Shown here: in pieces, positions 30,576-40,834 of the stretch
Layout: every line of letters begins with the position of its first letter
Position numbering within the stretch: the first letter of the stretch is position 1
Source of the DNA: an uncultured Clostridia bacterium
Lineage (GTDB): Bacteria; Bacillota; Clostridia; TANB77; CAG-508
Length of the DNA stretch: 64,000 nucleotides
Assembly (NCBI GenBank): GCA_963931155.1
Contig: OZ006978.1
Span: 1,498,289 to 1,562,288 of the forward strand
Direction: 5' to 3'
The notes under the pieces: generated by a model
What the model was told of the DNA's origin: nothing
Database searches by the model: none
The model's input: the letters and a program-made list of their open reading frames with translations, nothing else
Translations under genes and position numbers: made by a program

Positions 30576-31409
30576 ATGTCCGGAAGGAACAATGCTATCA
30601 CCATGCACCCTCGTGAGAGGCTGGACTTGAACGAGTTCTTCACGCTTCTTACGTATAGGTGCAACGGCAACTGTCCGTTCTGCATTGAAACCAGGATTAA
30701 CGAAAAGGAGGATCTTACCGCAGAGAGTTTTGAGAAGGCACTTGCCTTTGCGCACGAGCACGATTTGCCCCATTTCTTCCTCCATGGAGGAGAGCCGACG
30801 ATGCATCCTTTGGTCGCCGATTTTGCTCGTAGGGCAAAGGAGGAAGGGTTTACCCTGGAGATGTTCACGAATGGCATCAAGTTTTACAAGATTCGTGAAC
30901 TCAACGGCTTGCTTGACGAGCTGAAGATTTCCTATAGGGGTGAACTTTCCCTTGAGTATCGGCAGGCCGACTGGAAGCCTCGCATTGTCCTCGAGGTTCT
31001 GGCAACGGTAGAAAGGTTTCCTACACTTGAAGACCTCTTGGGGTTCATCAAGTATGCCAGGGAAAAGACTGGTGTGGTGGTATTTGTCAATACCCTCAAT
31101 CCGGTCAACCAGTACTCCTATGATAGGCAGTACGTTCCGTATCTCGAAAGGATGTTCATGGAATTGCCACCTGACGAGATCTACTGTTACAGCAATAAGG
31201 CAACATTCAAGTTGCCGGACGGAACGAACGCTAGGCTTGGCAACAAGAACTTGAATCCGGGTCATGCTAAGTACAGCATGTCTCCAGACGGTGTTATCCA
31301 TGGCAGGTTTACGCGTCATCTGGATACCATCCGCAAGGATCCTGAGTTGGAAGCCAAGCTCGAGCTTGCACAGGAGAAGGTGATGCTTCTCAGAAGTGTT
31401 GCGTGCTAG
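30576..31409 (+). CDS. Radical SAM enzyme (orphan, 277 aa) in a GC-rich islet
   Basis: CNGNCPFC is a CX3CX2C cluster motif. HGGEPTMHP is the GGE SAM-binding motif. RBS GGAAGGAG is present. Confidence 0.85.
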   Translation: MSGRNNAITMHPRERLDLNEFFTLLTYRCNGNCPFCIETRINEKEDLTAESFEKALAFAHEHDLPHFFLHGGEPTMHPLVADFARRAKEEGFTLEMFTNGIKFYKIRELNGLLDELKISYRGELSLEYRQADWKPRIVLEVLATVERFPTLEDLLGFIKYAREKTGVVVFVNTLNPVNQYSYDRQYVPYLERMFMELPPDEIYCYSNKATFKLPDGTNARLGNKNLNPGHAKYSMSPDGVIHGRFTRHLDTIRKDPELEAKLELAQEKVMLLRSVAC

Positions 31410-31424
31410 TTGCATGTAGCATCG

Positions 31425-31471
31425 CCCTGCACTGATCTACATTAAAGTGGATTAGTGCAGGGCAATTTTTA
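31425..31471 (+). terminator. Rho-independent terminator of the radical SAM gene
   Basis: GCCCTGCACT (20-nt loop) AGTGCAGGGC followed by AATTTTT. Confidence 0.8.
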
Positions 31472-31478
31472 TGTTCTA

Positions 31479-31502
31479 CCCAGGACAGACCCCATTAGCA
31501 CA
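31479..31502. repeat. REP-like element, partial copy 3
   Basis: cccaggacagaccccattagcac. It shares the loop and 3' arm with the other copies; the 5' arm is missing. Confidence 0.5.
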
Positions 31503-31614
31503 TTGGAACAAAAAATAAAATTTGCTAAAAAATTTTTTATATGATAAAATAAGGACGTTTAATAAATAACATCATAAAATATTACTAAAACAGAAAAAAG
31601 GAGAAGTGATTTTA

Positions 31615-32877
31615 ATGGAAAAGAATATTATGGCAATTGTAATGGCAGCAGGAAAAGGAACTAGAATGAAATCTAAAAAATCAAAATTAGTTCAAAAAAT
31701 ATATGGCAAGGAAATTGTAAAAAGAGCTGTAGAAAATGCTCAAAAAGCAGGAATACATGATATAGTTGCAGTAGTAGGGTATCAAAAAGAAGAAGTAATG
31801 GAAGTACTAGGAGATTCAGTAAAATATGCATATCAAGATGAAATGCTTGGTACTGGTCATGCAGTTATGCAAGCAAAAGAATTTTTAGCAGGAAAAAAAG
31901 GAAAAGTTTTAGTATTAAATGGAGATGTACCACTTTTAAGACCAGACACATTAAATAAATTAGTAGAAAAAAGCATAGAAAACAGAGAATATGCCACTTT
32001 ATTAACTGCAATTTACGAAAACCCAACAGGATATGGAAGAATTATAAGAGACGAAGGTGGAAATATTAAAGGAATAGTAGAAGAAAAAGATACTAAACCT
32101 AGCCAAAGAAAAATAAAAGAAATAAATGCAGGTATATACTGCTTTGATGTAGAAGAATTATTTGCTGCACTTGATAAAATAAAGCCAAATAATGCTCAAG
32201 GAGAGTATTACATTACAGATGTAATAAGCATTATGAATAAAAAAGGGCTAAAAACAGGAGCCGTAATAGTAGAAGATAATACAGAAATATTAGGTATAAA
32301 TGATAGAATACAACTTGAAATGCTTACAAAAGTATTACAAATGAGAATAAATACAGAGCATATGAAAAATGGCGTAACAATAGAAGATGTTAACAATACA
32401 TATATATATGATGATGTTCAAATAGGAATGGATACAGTAATACATCCTAACACAATAATAAAATCTGGAGTTGAAATAGGAGAAGATTGTGAAATAGGAC
32501 CAAACTCATACATAAGAGAAGGTTGCAAACTATCAAATAAAGTAAAAATAGGAAGTTTTGTAGAAATTAAAAAAGCAATAATAGGAGAAGGTACAAAAGT
32601 ACCACATTTATCATATATGGGAGACTGTGAAATAGGAGAAAAATGCAACATTGGCTGTGGAACAATAACATGCAACTATGATGGATTCCATAAAAGCAAA
32701 ACAATTATAGGAAATCATTCATTTATAGGATCAAACACAAATTTAGTAGCACCAGTAACATTAGGAGATGAAACATTTGTAGCAGCAGGATCAACAATAA
32801 CAGATAATGTACCAGATTATGCATTAGCAATAGCAAGACAAAGACAAACAAACAAAGAAGGCTGGAACAAAAAGTAA
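31615..32877 (+). CDS. glmU: Bifunctional UDP-N-acetylglucosamine pyrophosphorylase / GlcN-1-P acetyltransferase
   Basis: N-terminal AIVMAAGKGTRMKS nucleotidyltransferase motif. C-terminal hexapeptide (left-handed beta-helix) repeats. ATG 31615 is better spaced from the AAGGAGA RBS than the tracked GTG 31606. Confidence 0.85.
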   Translation: MEKNIMAIVMAAGKGTRMKSKKSKLVQKIYGKEIVKRAVENAQKAGIHDIVAVVGYQKEEVMEVLGDSVKYAYQDEMLGTGHAVMQAKEFLAGKKGKVLVLNGDVPLLRPDTLNKLVEKSIENREYATLLTAIYENPTGYGRIIRDEGGNIKGIVEEKDTKPSQRKIKEINAGIYCFDVEELFAALDKIKPNNAQGEYYITDVISIMNKKGLKTGAVIVEDNTEILGINDRIQLEMLTKVLQMRINTEHMKNGVTIEDVNNTYIYDDVQIGMDTVIHPNTIIKSGVEIGEDCEIGPNSYIREGCKLSNKVKIGSFVEIKKAIIGEGTKVPHLSYMGDCEIGEKCNIGCGTITCNYDGFHKSKTIIGNHSFIGSNTNLVAPVTLGDETFVAAGSTITDNVPDYALAIARQRQTNKEGWNKK

Positions 32878-32909
32878 AATCTATTTTGTGAATTTTATGC
32901 AAATCAATT

Positions 32910-32947
32910 GTGCCAATGAGGACAGTACATAGAGACCCCATTGGCAC
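32910..32947. repeat. REP-like hairpin copy 4 (bidirectional terminator position)
   Basis: GTGCCAATG-aggacagtacatagagaccc-CATTGGCAC, between the convergent glmU and traX-like genes. Confidence 0.7.
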
Positions 32948-32950
32948 TAA

Positions 32951-33655
32951 TTAAAATAATAAATATAATAGTAATAAGTGAACAGGGTAGAAGAAATATA
33001 GTAAATATTTAATCTTCTTACCTTGTTTTCCTTTGTATAGGCTAATAAAGATAATTGGCAAAATAGTAAATATGCCTAATAGAAATGTTGGTGTGTTAAA
33101 TCCGTAGATAATTAATCTATAACCATATTTCACTATGCAAAGTGTTATAAATGAAATTATCATTGCAAGTTTATTTTCTTTAAATAAATAAAACATAAAT
33201 ACAATAATAACTCCCCAAAAATCATAATCAGTATGTATTAATTTAGCTATGTAGCCAATGAAACAAGCAATTATTATTCCTACAATTACTTCTAAATGAT
33301 ATTTGCTTTTGAAACTATTTTCAAAACGTTTTTTCAACCAATCATAAATCCATATAGCAACTAGACCAAGTAATAAAGTGAAAAATACATTTAGAGCTAT
33401 GTTACTTGAATCTATATATTTATAATGAAACAATTGATAAGGTATTTGTGAAATTAATGCAAATAATCCAAGACGTAACATGTATTTTTTTACGCTTTTT
33501 GTGTGTATAAATCCTTCACTTATTTGAAAGGCGAATATTGGAAATGCGATTCTACCAAGTAGATTAAGAAAACTATATCCACCAAATATTGGATAACTTA
33601 TATGGTCTAAAAACATTGATACTAAAGCAATAATTTTTAAAGTAAAACTTGTCAT
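32951..33655 (-). CDS. TraX-family membrane protein
   Basis: LKIIALVSMFLDHI at the N-terminus and a polytopic membrane profile, typical of the TraX family. Confidence 0.7.
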   Translation of the reverse strand: MTSFTLKIIALVSMFLDHISYPIFGGYSFLNLLGRIAFPIFAFQISEGFIHTKSVKKYMLRLGLFALISQIPYQLFHYKYIDSSNIALNVFFTLLLGLVAIWIYDWLKKRFENSFKSKYHLEVIVGIIIACFIGYIAKLIHTDYDFWGVIIVFMFYLFKENKLAMIISFITLCIVKYGYRLIIYGFNTPTFLLGIFTILPIIFISLYKGKQGKKIKYLLYFFYPVHLLLLYLLF

Positions 33656-33757
33656 TATAAAATCTCCTATAAAATATTATGTTATATTTTTATCATAAAC
33701 GCTTTTATAAGTAAAGTTTATTTTTTCATGAAATTCTCAAAAAATCAAAATTCGTAC

Positions 33758-33786
33758 TTGCACATTATGTAAAAATGTGATAATAT
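33758..33786 (+). promoter_or_regulatory. ileS leader promoter
   Basis: TTGCAC, a 17-nt spacer, then TGaTAATAT (extended -10). Confidence 0.6.
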
Positions 33787-33789
33787 ATT

Positions 33790-34205
33790 GCCATTAAAGT
33801 GTAAAAACTATGATAAAGGACACGGTAAATATATTAGCATTTTACAGAGAACCAAGATAGCTGAGATTTGGTAAATAAGCATATATTTATTATCACCTTT
33901 TAGTTGCTTTATTGAACAAATAAATATTGCATAAAAGCTTAATTATTTAACTGATTTGAGGACAATAAACACATATAAATTATTTTATTAAATAAAGCCG
34001 TATACTTGCGTTAAAAGTATTTGAGAGAAAAGAATGTATAACAATCTGCTTTTTAAATTATATATAGCTTGCAATACAACATGTTTAGCTAAAAAATTGT
34101 ATAGTTTTAAAAAGTAAATTATTTAATATAAATTCTTTTAAAATAGGTGGTACCGCGGAAAATCAAAGCTATTTCGTCCTAGTTACGATGTAGCTTTTTT
34201 TTGTT
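33790..34205 (+). promoter_or_regulatory. T-box riboswitch leader (Ile specifier)
   Basis: AGAGA box at 33846. Candidate AUC-A specifier at 33892. T-box sequence AATAGGTGGTACCGCGG at 34142-34158. Terminator AAAGCTA...TAGCTTT plus a T run at 34165-34203. Confidence 0.85.
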
Positions 34206-34282
34206 TTTTATGTAATAGGAAATGTATATTATATAAAAAAGCTATAATTTTATTAAAACATTACTTTGGAGGAGGATTTTTT

Positions 34283-37054
34283 ATGAGTGAAGAAAAGAAA
34301 GATTATGGAAAAACATTAAATTTGCCAAAAACAGACTTTCCTATGAGAGCCAATTTGCCTGAGAGAGAACCACAAGTTCTAAAAGATGTTTTTGAAAATG
34401 GCTTGTACGAAAAAATATTAAAGAAAAACGAAGGGCACAAAAGTTTTGTGCTTCATGATGGACCACCATATGCAAATGGAGAGATTCATGCCGGACATGC
34501 TTTAAATAAAATATTAAAAGATACAATAGTAAGATATAAATCTATGAGAGGTTATTATGCCCCATATATACCAGGATATGATACACATGGCATGCCTACA
34601 GAGAAAAAGGCTATAGAGAAATTAGGATTAGATAGAGATAAAATACCTGTAACTAAATTTAGAGATACTTGTAAAGATTTTACAAGCAAGTATAAAGAAA
34701 TGCAAACAGAAGGGTTTAAAAGACTAGGTGTTTTAGGAGATTGGAAACATCCTTATGTCACATATGATCCAAAAATGGAAGCAAGACAACTAGGCGTATT
34801 TGGTGATATGTATAAAAAAGGTTATATATATAAAGGATTAAAGCCTGTATATTGGTGTACTGATTGTGAAACAGCTTTAGCAGAGGCAGAAATTGAATAC
34901 AAAGATGTTTCTGGAACATCTATATATGTAAAATTTCCAGTAATTGATAGCAAAGGAAAATTTGATGCAAAAGATACATTTGTTGTAATCTGGACAACAA
35001 CACCGTGGACACTTCCTGGCAATTTAGCTATAACAGTTGGACCAGAGTTTGATTATAGTATAGTTGATTGTGGAAAAGAAAAATATATAATGGCAACAGA
35101 ACTTGTTAAAAAAGTTATGGAACTTGCAGAAATAAAAGATTATAAAGAAATAAAGAAAATCAAAGGTGAGGAATTAGAAGGTGTTCTTTGTCGTCATCCA
35201 TTCTTAGATAGAGATTCAGTAGTTATAATGGGGAGTGAAGATACTGTAGATGTACAATTAACAGAAGGTACAGGTGCAGTTCATACAGCTCCTGGATATG
35301 GTAAAGAAGACTATTTAGCAGGACTAAAAAATGGACTAGATATAGTAGTTACTGTTGATGCTAAAGGTCATCAAACAGAAGGTGCAGGACCTTTTGCAGG
35401 AATGTTTTATGCTAAATCAAACAAAGAAATTACAAAATGGCTTGATGAAAATGGATATTTACTAAAAGCAGTTGAAGTATTCCACTCTTATCCTCATTGT
35501 TGGAGATGTAAAAAACCAGTTATATATAGAGCGACACCACAATGGTTTGCTTCAGTTGATGGTTTTAGAGAAGAAGTGTTAAAAGCTATAAAAACAGTTA
35601 AATGGCATCCTGGTTGGGGCGAAGAGAGAATGACTGAAATGATAAAAGGTAGAAATGATTGGTGTATTTCTAGACAACGTACATGGGGTGTTCCACTTCC
35701 AATATTCTATTGTAAAGATTGCGAAGAACCTTATGTTACAGAAGAGTCTATAAAGAAAGTGCAAGACATAGTAAGGGAAAAAGGAACAAATGCATGGTAT
35801 GCAATGACTGAAGAAGAGCTAATGCCAGATGGTGCAAAATGTTCTAAATGTGGTGGTACTCATTTTAAGAAAGAAACAGATATAATGGATGTATGGTTTG
35901 ATTCTGGTTCAACTCATCAAAGTGTTTTAGTAGAACGTGGACTTCCATATCCTGCAGATATGTATCTTGAAGGAAATGACCAATATAGGGGATGGTTCCA
36001 ATCATCACTTTTAACAAGTGTTGCAACAAATGGTGTAGCCCCATATAAAGAAGTGCTAAGCTGTGGATTTGTTGTTGATGGACAAGGTAGAAAGATGTCT
36101 AAGAGCTTAGGAAATGGTATTTCACCAATAGATGTATGTAACAAATATGGTGCAGATATTTTAAGATTATGGGCATTATCTGCTGACTATACTATGGATG
36201 TAAGTATTTCAGATGATATATTAAAGGGAATATCTGATGTTTATAGAAAAATAAGAAACACAGCAAGATATATTTTGGGAAATACAGATGATTATAATCC
36301 AGAGCAACCAGTTGATTATAAAGATTTAGAAGAAATTGATAAATGGGCATTAACAAGACTTAATAAATTAGTTAAGGATTGTATAAAAGATTATGATGAA
36401 TATAATTTTGCAAGTTGCTATCATGATATAAATCAATTCTGCGTTGTAGATATGAGTAGTTTTTATCTAGACATTATTAAAGATAGATTATATACATCTA
36501 AAAAAGATTCTTTAGCTAGAAGAGCAGCTCAAACAACAATGTACACTATATTAGATGCATTAGTTAAATTGCTTACACCAATGATACCTTTTACAGCTGA
36601 AGATATTTGGAAAACAATGAAACATACAGCAAACGAAGAAGTAGAGAGTGTAATGCTTACAGATTATCCAGAGCCAAACGATATGTATGATAATCAAGAA
36701 TTAACAGAAAAATGGAATAAGATTTTAAGGGTTAAAGATGTTGTTGCAAAAGAATTAGAAAATGCAAGAGCAGAAAAGAAAATCGGTTCTTCTTTAAATG
36801 CAAAAGTTACAATATTTGCAGAAGGTGAAACATATAAATTTTTAAAAGCAAATGAAGAATTATTAAAAACTGTGTTTATAGTTTCTGCAATTGATATTGA
36901 AGAAAATGCAAGAAAAGATGAATTAAAACTTGGGGTAAAAGTAGAGCAAGCTCCAGGTGAAAAATGTGAAAGATGTTGGATGTATTCTGAAACAGTAGGA
37001 GAAGATAAAGACAACCCTACAATTTGCCATAAATGTAGTGAGGCTTTAAAATAG
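34283..37054 (+). CDS. ileS: Isoleucine--tRNA ligase
   Basis: PPYANGEIHAGHALNK (HIGH motif), KMSKS, and a C-terminal Zn-finger CxxC...CxxC. 923 aa. Confidence 0.97.
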   Translation: MSEEKKDYGKTLNLPKTDFPMRANLPEREPQVLKDVFENGLYEKILKKNEGHKSFVLHDGPPYANGEIHAGHALNKILKDTIVRYKSMRGYYAPYIPGYDTHGMPTEKKAIEKLGLDRDKIPVTKFRDTCKDFTSKYKEMQTEGFKRLGVLGDWKHPYVTYDPKMEARQLGVFGDMYKKGYIYKGLKPVYWCTDCETALAEAEIEYKDVSGTSIYVKFPVIDSKGKFDAKDTFVVIWTTTPWTLPGNLAITVGPEFDYSIVDCGKEKYIMATELVKKVMELAEIKDYKEIKKIKGEELEGVLCRHPFLDRDSVVIMGSEDTVDVQLTEGTGAVHTAPGYGKEDYLAGLKNGLDIVVTVDAKGHQTEGAGPFAGMFYAKSNKEITKWLDENGYLLKAVEVFHSYPHCWRCKKPVIYRATPQWFASVDGFREEVLKAIKTVKWHPGWGEERMTEMIKGRNDWCISRQRTWGVPLPIFYCKDCEEPYVTEESIKKVQDIVREKGTNAWYAMTEEELMPDGAKCSKCGGTHFKKETDIMDVWFDSGSTHQSVLVERGLPYPADMYLEGNDQYRGWFQSSLLTSVATNGVAPYKEVLSCGFVVDGQGRKMSKSLGNGISPIDVCNKYGADILRLWALSADYTMDVSISDDILKGISDVYRKIRNTARYILGNTDDYNPEQPVDYKDLEEIDKWALTRLNKLVKDCIKDYDEYNFASCYHDINQFCVVDMSSFYLDIIKDRLYTSKKDSLARRAAQTTMYTILDALVKLLTPMIPFTAEDIWKTMKHTANEEVESVMLTDYPEPNDMYDNQELTEKWNKILRVKDVVAKELENARAEKKIGSSLNAKVTIFAEGETYKFLKANEELLKTVFIVSAIDIEENARKDELKLGVKVEQAPGEKCERCWMYSETVGEDKDNPTICHKCSEALK

Positions 37055-37148
37055 TTTTAGCGTTGTAACAAAAAATATATTTTAGAAAAAAGTTTGAAAG
37101 AAACATATGTAACAGAACCTACTAAAAAAGAGAGGATATATTAAACAA

Positions 37149-38066
37149 ATGAATAATACTGGGAAAATAAAAATTAAAACCATATTATATTTTATTGTGT
37201 TAATATTAATAATTTATGCCGGAGTAACCATTTATTCAAAATATAATTTTTATGATTTTACAAAAGGAGTTCGTGAAGGAGGGGGTAAAACCTCTTTTTC
37301 ACGAGATTCTAATGTTAAGTATTCGGAAAAAGCTAGTTATGAAATAGAAAACGAAGAATTTAATGATGCTATTTTTTTTCAAAAAATATCTGTTACACCT
37401 AATACGGCATATAAAGTTACATGTATGGTAAAAACAGAAAATATAGTAACTAAAGATGGAAAACTTTCTGGTGGTGCACAAATTGCCATAAATAATACTA
37501 CGGAATGTTCAAAAGCTTTAACTGGAACTAATGATTGGACTGAGCTTACTTTTATGTTTAATTCAAATAATCGTACAGAAATAGAAATAGGATTTAGACT
37601 AGGTGGTTATGAAGAATATTGTAAAGGAAAGGCTTGGTTCTCTGATTTTAAAATGGAAAAGGGAAGCATAGATAAAGATAAAAATTGGCACATGGCATGT
37701 TTTATAATAGAAAATATTGATTTAAAAGTAGATGGCAAAAGTGTAAAAATAGGCATGTCTGATAAAGATAAAAGTACAATAGAAAATAATATGGCTAGAT
37801 TACAAGATTCAATTAAAGAAATAAGCGGAAATAAAATGAGCATATCTTATGATATAATAGACATTGAAAAACCATTAAAAACTATTTCATATGATAATGA
37901 AAATGAATATTATGTAGCACCAGATGATGTGGAGTCTCTAATTAATTCATATGTAAATAAAAAGGAATATGATTACATTTACGTAGCAGTAAGATTAGGA
38001 GATTTAAATAAAAGTAAAGATGTTCTAGTACATGATTGGATAGGACTTCGGAGCAATGGAATATGA
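37149..38066 (+). pseudogene. Membrane-anchored CBM-like/HExxH metalloprotease, N-terminal part (frame broken near 38049)
   Basis: TM anchor plus a jelly-roll-like segment (TPNTAYKVTCMVKT...NDWTELTFMF...AWFSDFKMEKG). The ORF is continued in another frame by 38056..38487. Confidence 0.6.
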
Positions 38067-38487
38067 CCAAATTGGATTCTCAAATATAAGACTTCCAGAT
38101 GACCAAAACAGTAGTATTTACACATATTCTTCATATAATACTTTTCCGGAAGAAGTTTTTGTTCATGAGTTTTTACACACATTAGAAAGAAATGAAACAG
38201 AAAATGGAAATAATGTTATAAGATTACATGATTACGAAGATTATGGATATGAAAAAAGCGATGTAGAAGGATTAAAGGATTGGTATAGTGATTATATGCA
38301 AAATAAAATAAAAGGTGGAAAAAATAATGGGCTTACTGAATTTGCATATAAATCAAAACCAATACATGAAAGCAATTTTAAAAATCCAGTAGAATTAGAG
38401 ATCTTAGATGAGCCAGATAATATTATAGAAGAAATAGAAAGTATAATAAATAGAATTAAGCAGTTGTTTGTGGGAGATAATGCATAG
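38056..38487 (+). pseudogene. Same gene, C-terminal part carrying the HExxH motif
   Basis: VHEFLHTLE zinc-protease motif. Deleting one nt in ggacttCggagca gives a continuous ...HDWIGLGAMEYDQIGF... Confidence 0.6.
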
Positions 38488-38555
38488 ATTCAAATAAATA
38501 AGTTGAAAATTATACCGAAACTAAATTAGCAAGAAAGGAAGATTTCAAGTATTAA

Positions 38556-39578
38556 ATGAAAGTATCAGATTTTAATTATGATTTACCAGAAGAATTAATT
38601 GCACAAGTACCAATTGAAAAAAGAGATGAATCAAGGTTAATGATTTTAAATAGAAAAGACCAAACAATAGAGCATAAAACATTCAAAGATATAATAGATT
38701 ATCTAGAGCCAGGTGACTGCTTAGTAAGAAATAACACGAAAGTAATACCAGCTAGAATTTATGGAAAAAAAGAAACAGGTGCAAAAGTAGAATTTCTATT
38801 ATTAAATAATATAGAAGGAGACATTTGGGAAAGTATTGTAAGACCAGGAAATAAACTTCATGTAGGTGCAAAAGTTATATTTGGAGATGGATTATTAAAA
38901 GCAAAAATACTAGAAACAATGCCAGGAGGAACAAGAAAAGTAAAATTCGAATATAGCGGTATTTTTAATGAAATACTAGATAAAATAGGTTTAATGCCAC
39001 TACCACCATATATACACGAAGAATTAAAAGAAAAAGATAGATATCAAACAGTATATGCAAAATATGATGGATCAGCAGCAGCTCCAACAGCAGGATTGCA
39101 TTTTACACCAGAATTATTAAAGAAAATAGAAGAAAAAGGTGTAGATATAGCGAATGTAACATTACATGTAGGAATTGGAACATTCAGACCAGTTAAAGAA
39201 AAAAATGTAGAAGACCACGATATGCACTCAGAACACTTCTATATAAAAAAAGAAGATGTAGAAAAAATAAATAAAGCAAAAAGAAATGGAAAAAGAGTAA
39301 TATCAGTTGGAACTACATCATGTAGAGTATTAGAAACAATAGCTGATGAAAAAGGAATGGTAAAAGAGACAGAAGGAGACACAAGTATATTTATATATCC
39401 AGGATACAAGTTTAAATGTTTAGATGGGTTGATAACAAATTTTCACTTACCACAATCTACATTACTAATGCTAGTGTCAGCATTAGCAGGCAAAGATTTC
39501 ATACTAAAAGCATATAATATGGCAGTAAAAGAGAAATATAGATTTTTCAGTTTTGGAGACGCAATGTTTATAAATTAA
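38556..39578 (+). CDS. queA: S-adenosylmethionine:tRNA ribosyltransferase-isomerase
   Basis: [29 protein letters not shown] and the rest of the sequence are typical of QueA. Confidence 0.95.
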   Translation: MKVSDFNYDLPEELIAQVPIEKRDESRLMILNRKDQTIEHKTFKDIIDYLEPGDCLVRNNTKVIPARIYGKKETGAKVEFLLLNNIEGDIWESIVRPGNKLHVGAKVIFGDGLLKAKILETMPGGTRKVKFEYSGIFNEILDKIGLMPLPPYIHEELKEKDRYQTVYAKYDGSAAAPTAGLHFTPELLKKIEEKGVDIANVTLHVGIGTFRPVKEKNVEDHDMHSEHFYIKKEDVEKINKAKRNGKRVISVGTTSCRVLETIADEKGMVKETEGDTSIFIYPGYKFKCLDGLITNFHLPQSTLLMLVSALAGKDFILKAYNMAVKEKYRFFSFGDAMFIN

Positions 39579-40820
<1,242 letters not shown>

Positions 40821-40834
40821 AAGAGGAGGTTTTT

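Noticed and set aside
30576-31409. The radical SAM protein as a prokaryotic viperin (antiviral ddhNTP synthase)
   Set aside because: The size is compatible, but the C-terminal region lacks the viperin-type nucleotide-binding extension as I remember it, and the N-terminal motif context differs. There is no support beyond generic radical SAM motifs.
30534-31415. 293-aa minus-strand ORF (plus nested ORFs) covering the radical SAM gene
   Set aside because: It is a shadow ORF created by the locally high G+C. It has no recognisable motifs. The plus-strand frame carries CX3CX2C and GGEP motifs, an RBS and a terminator.
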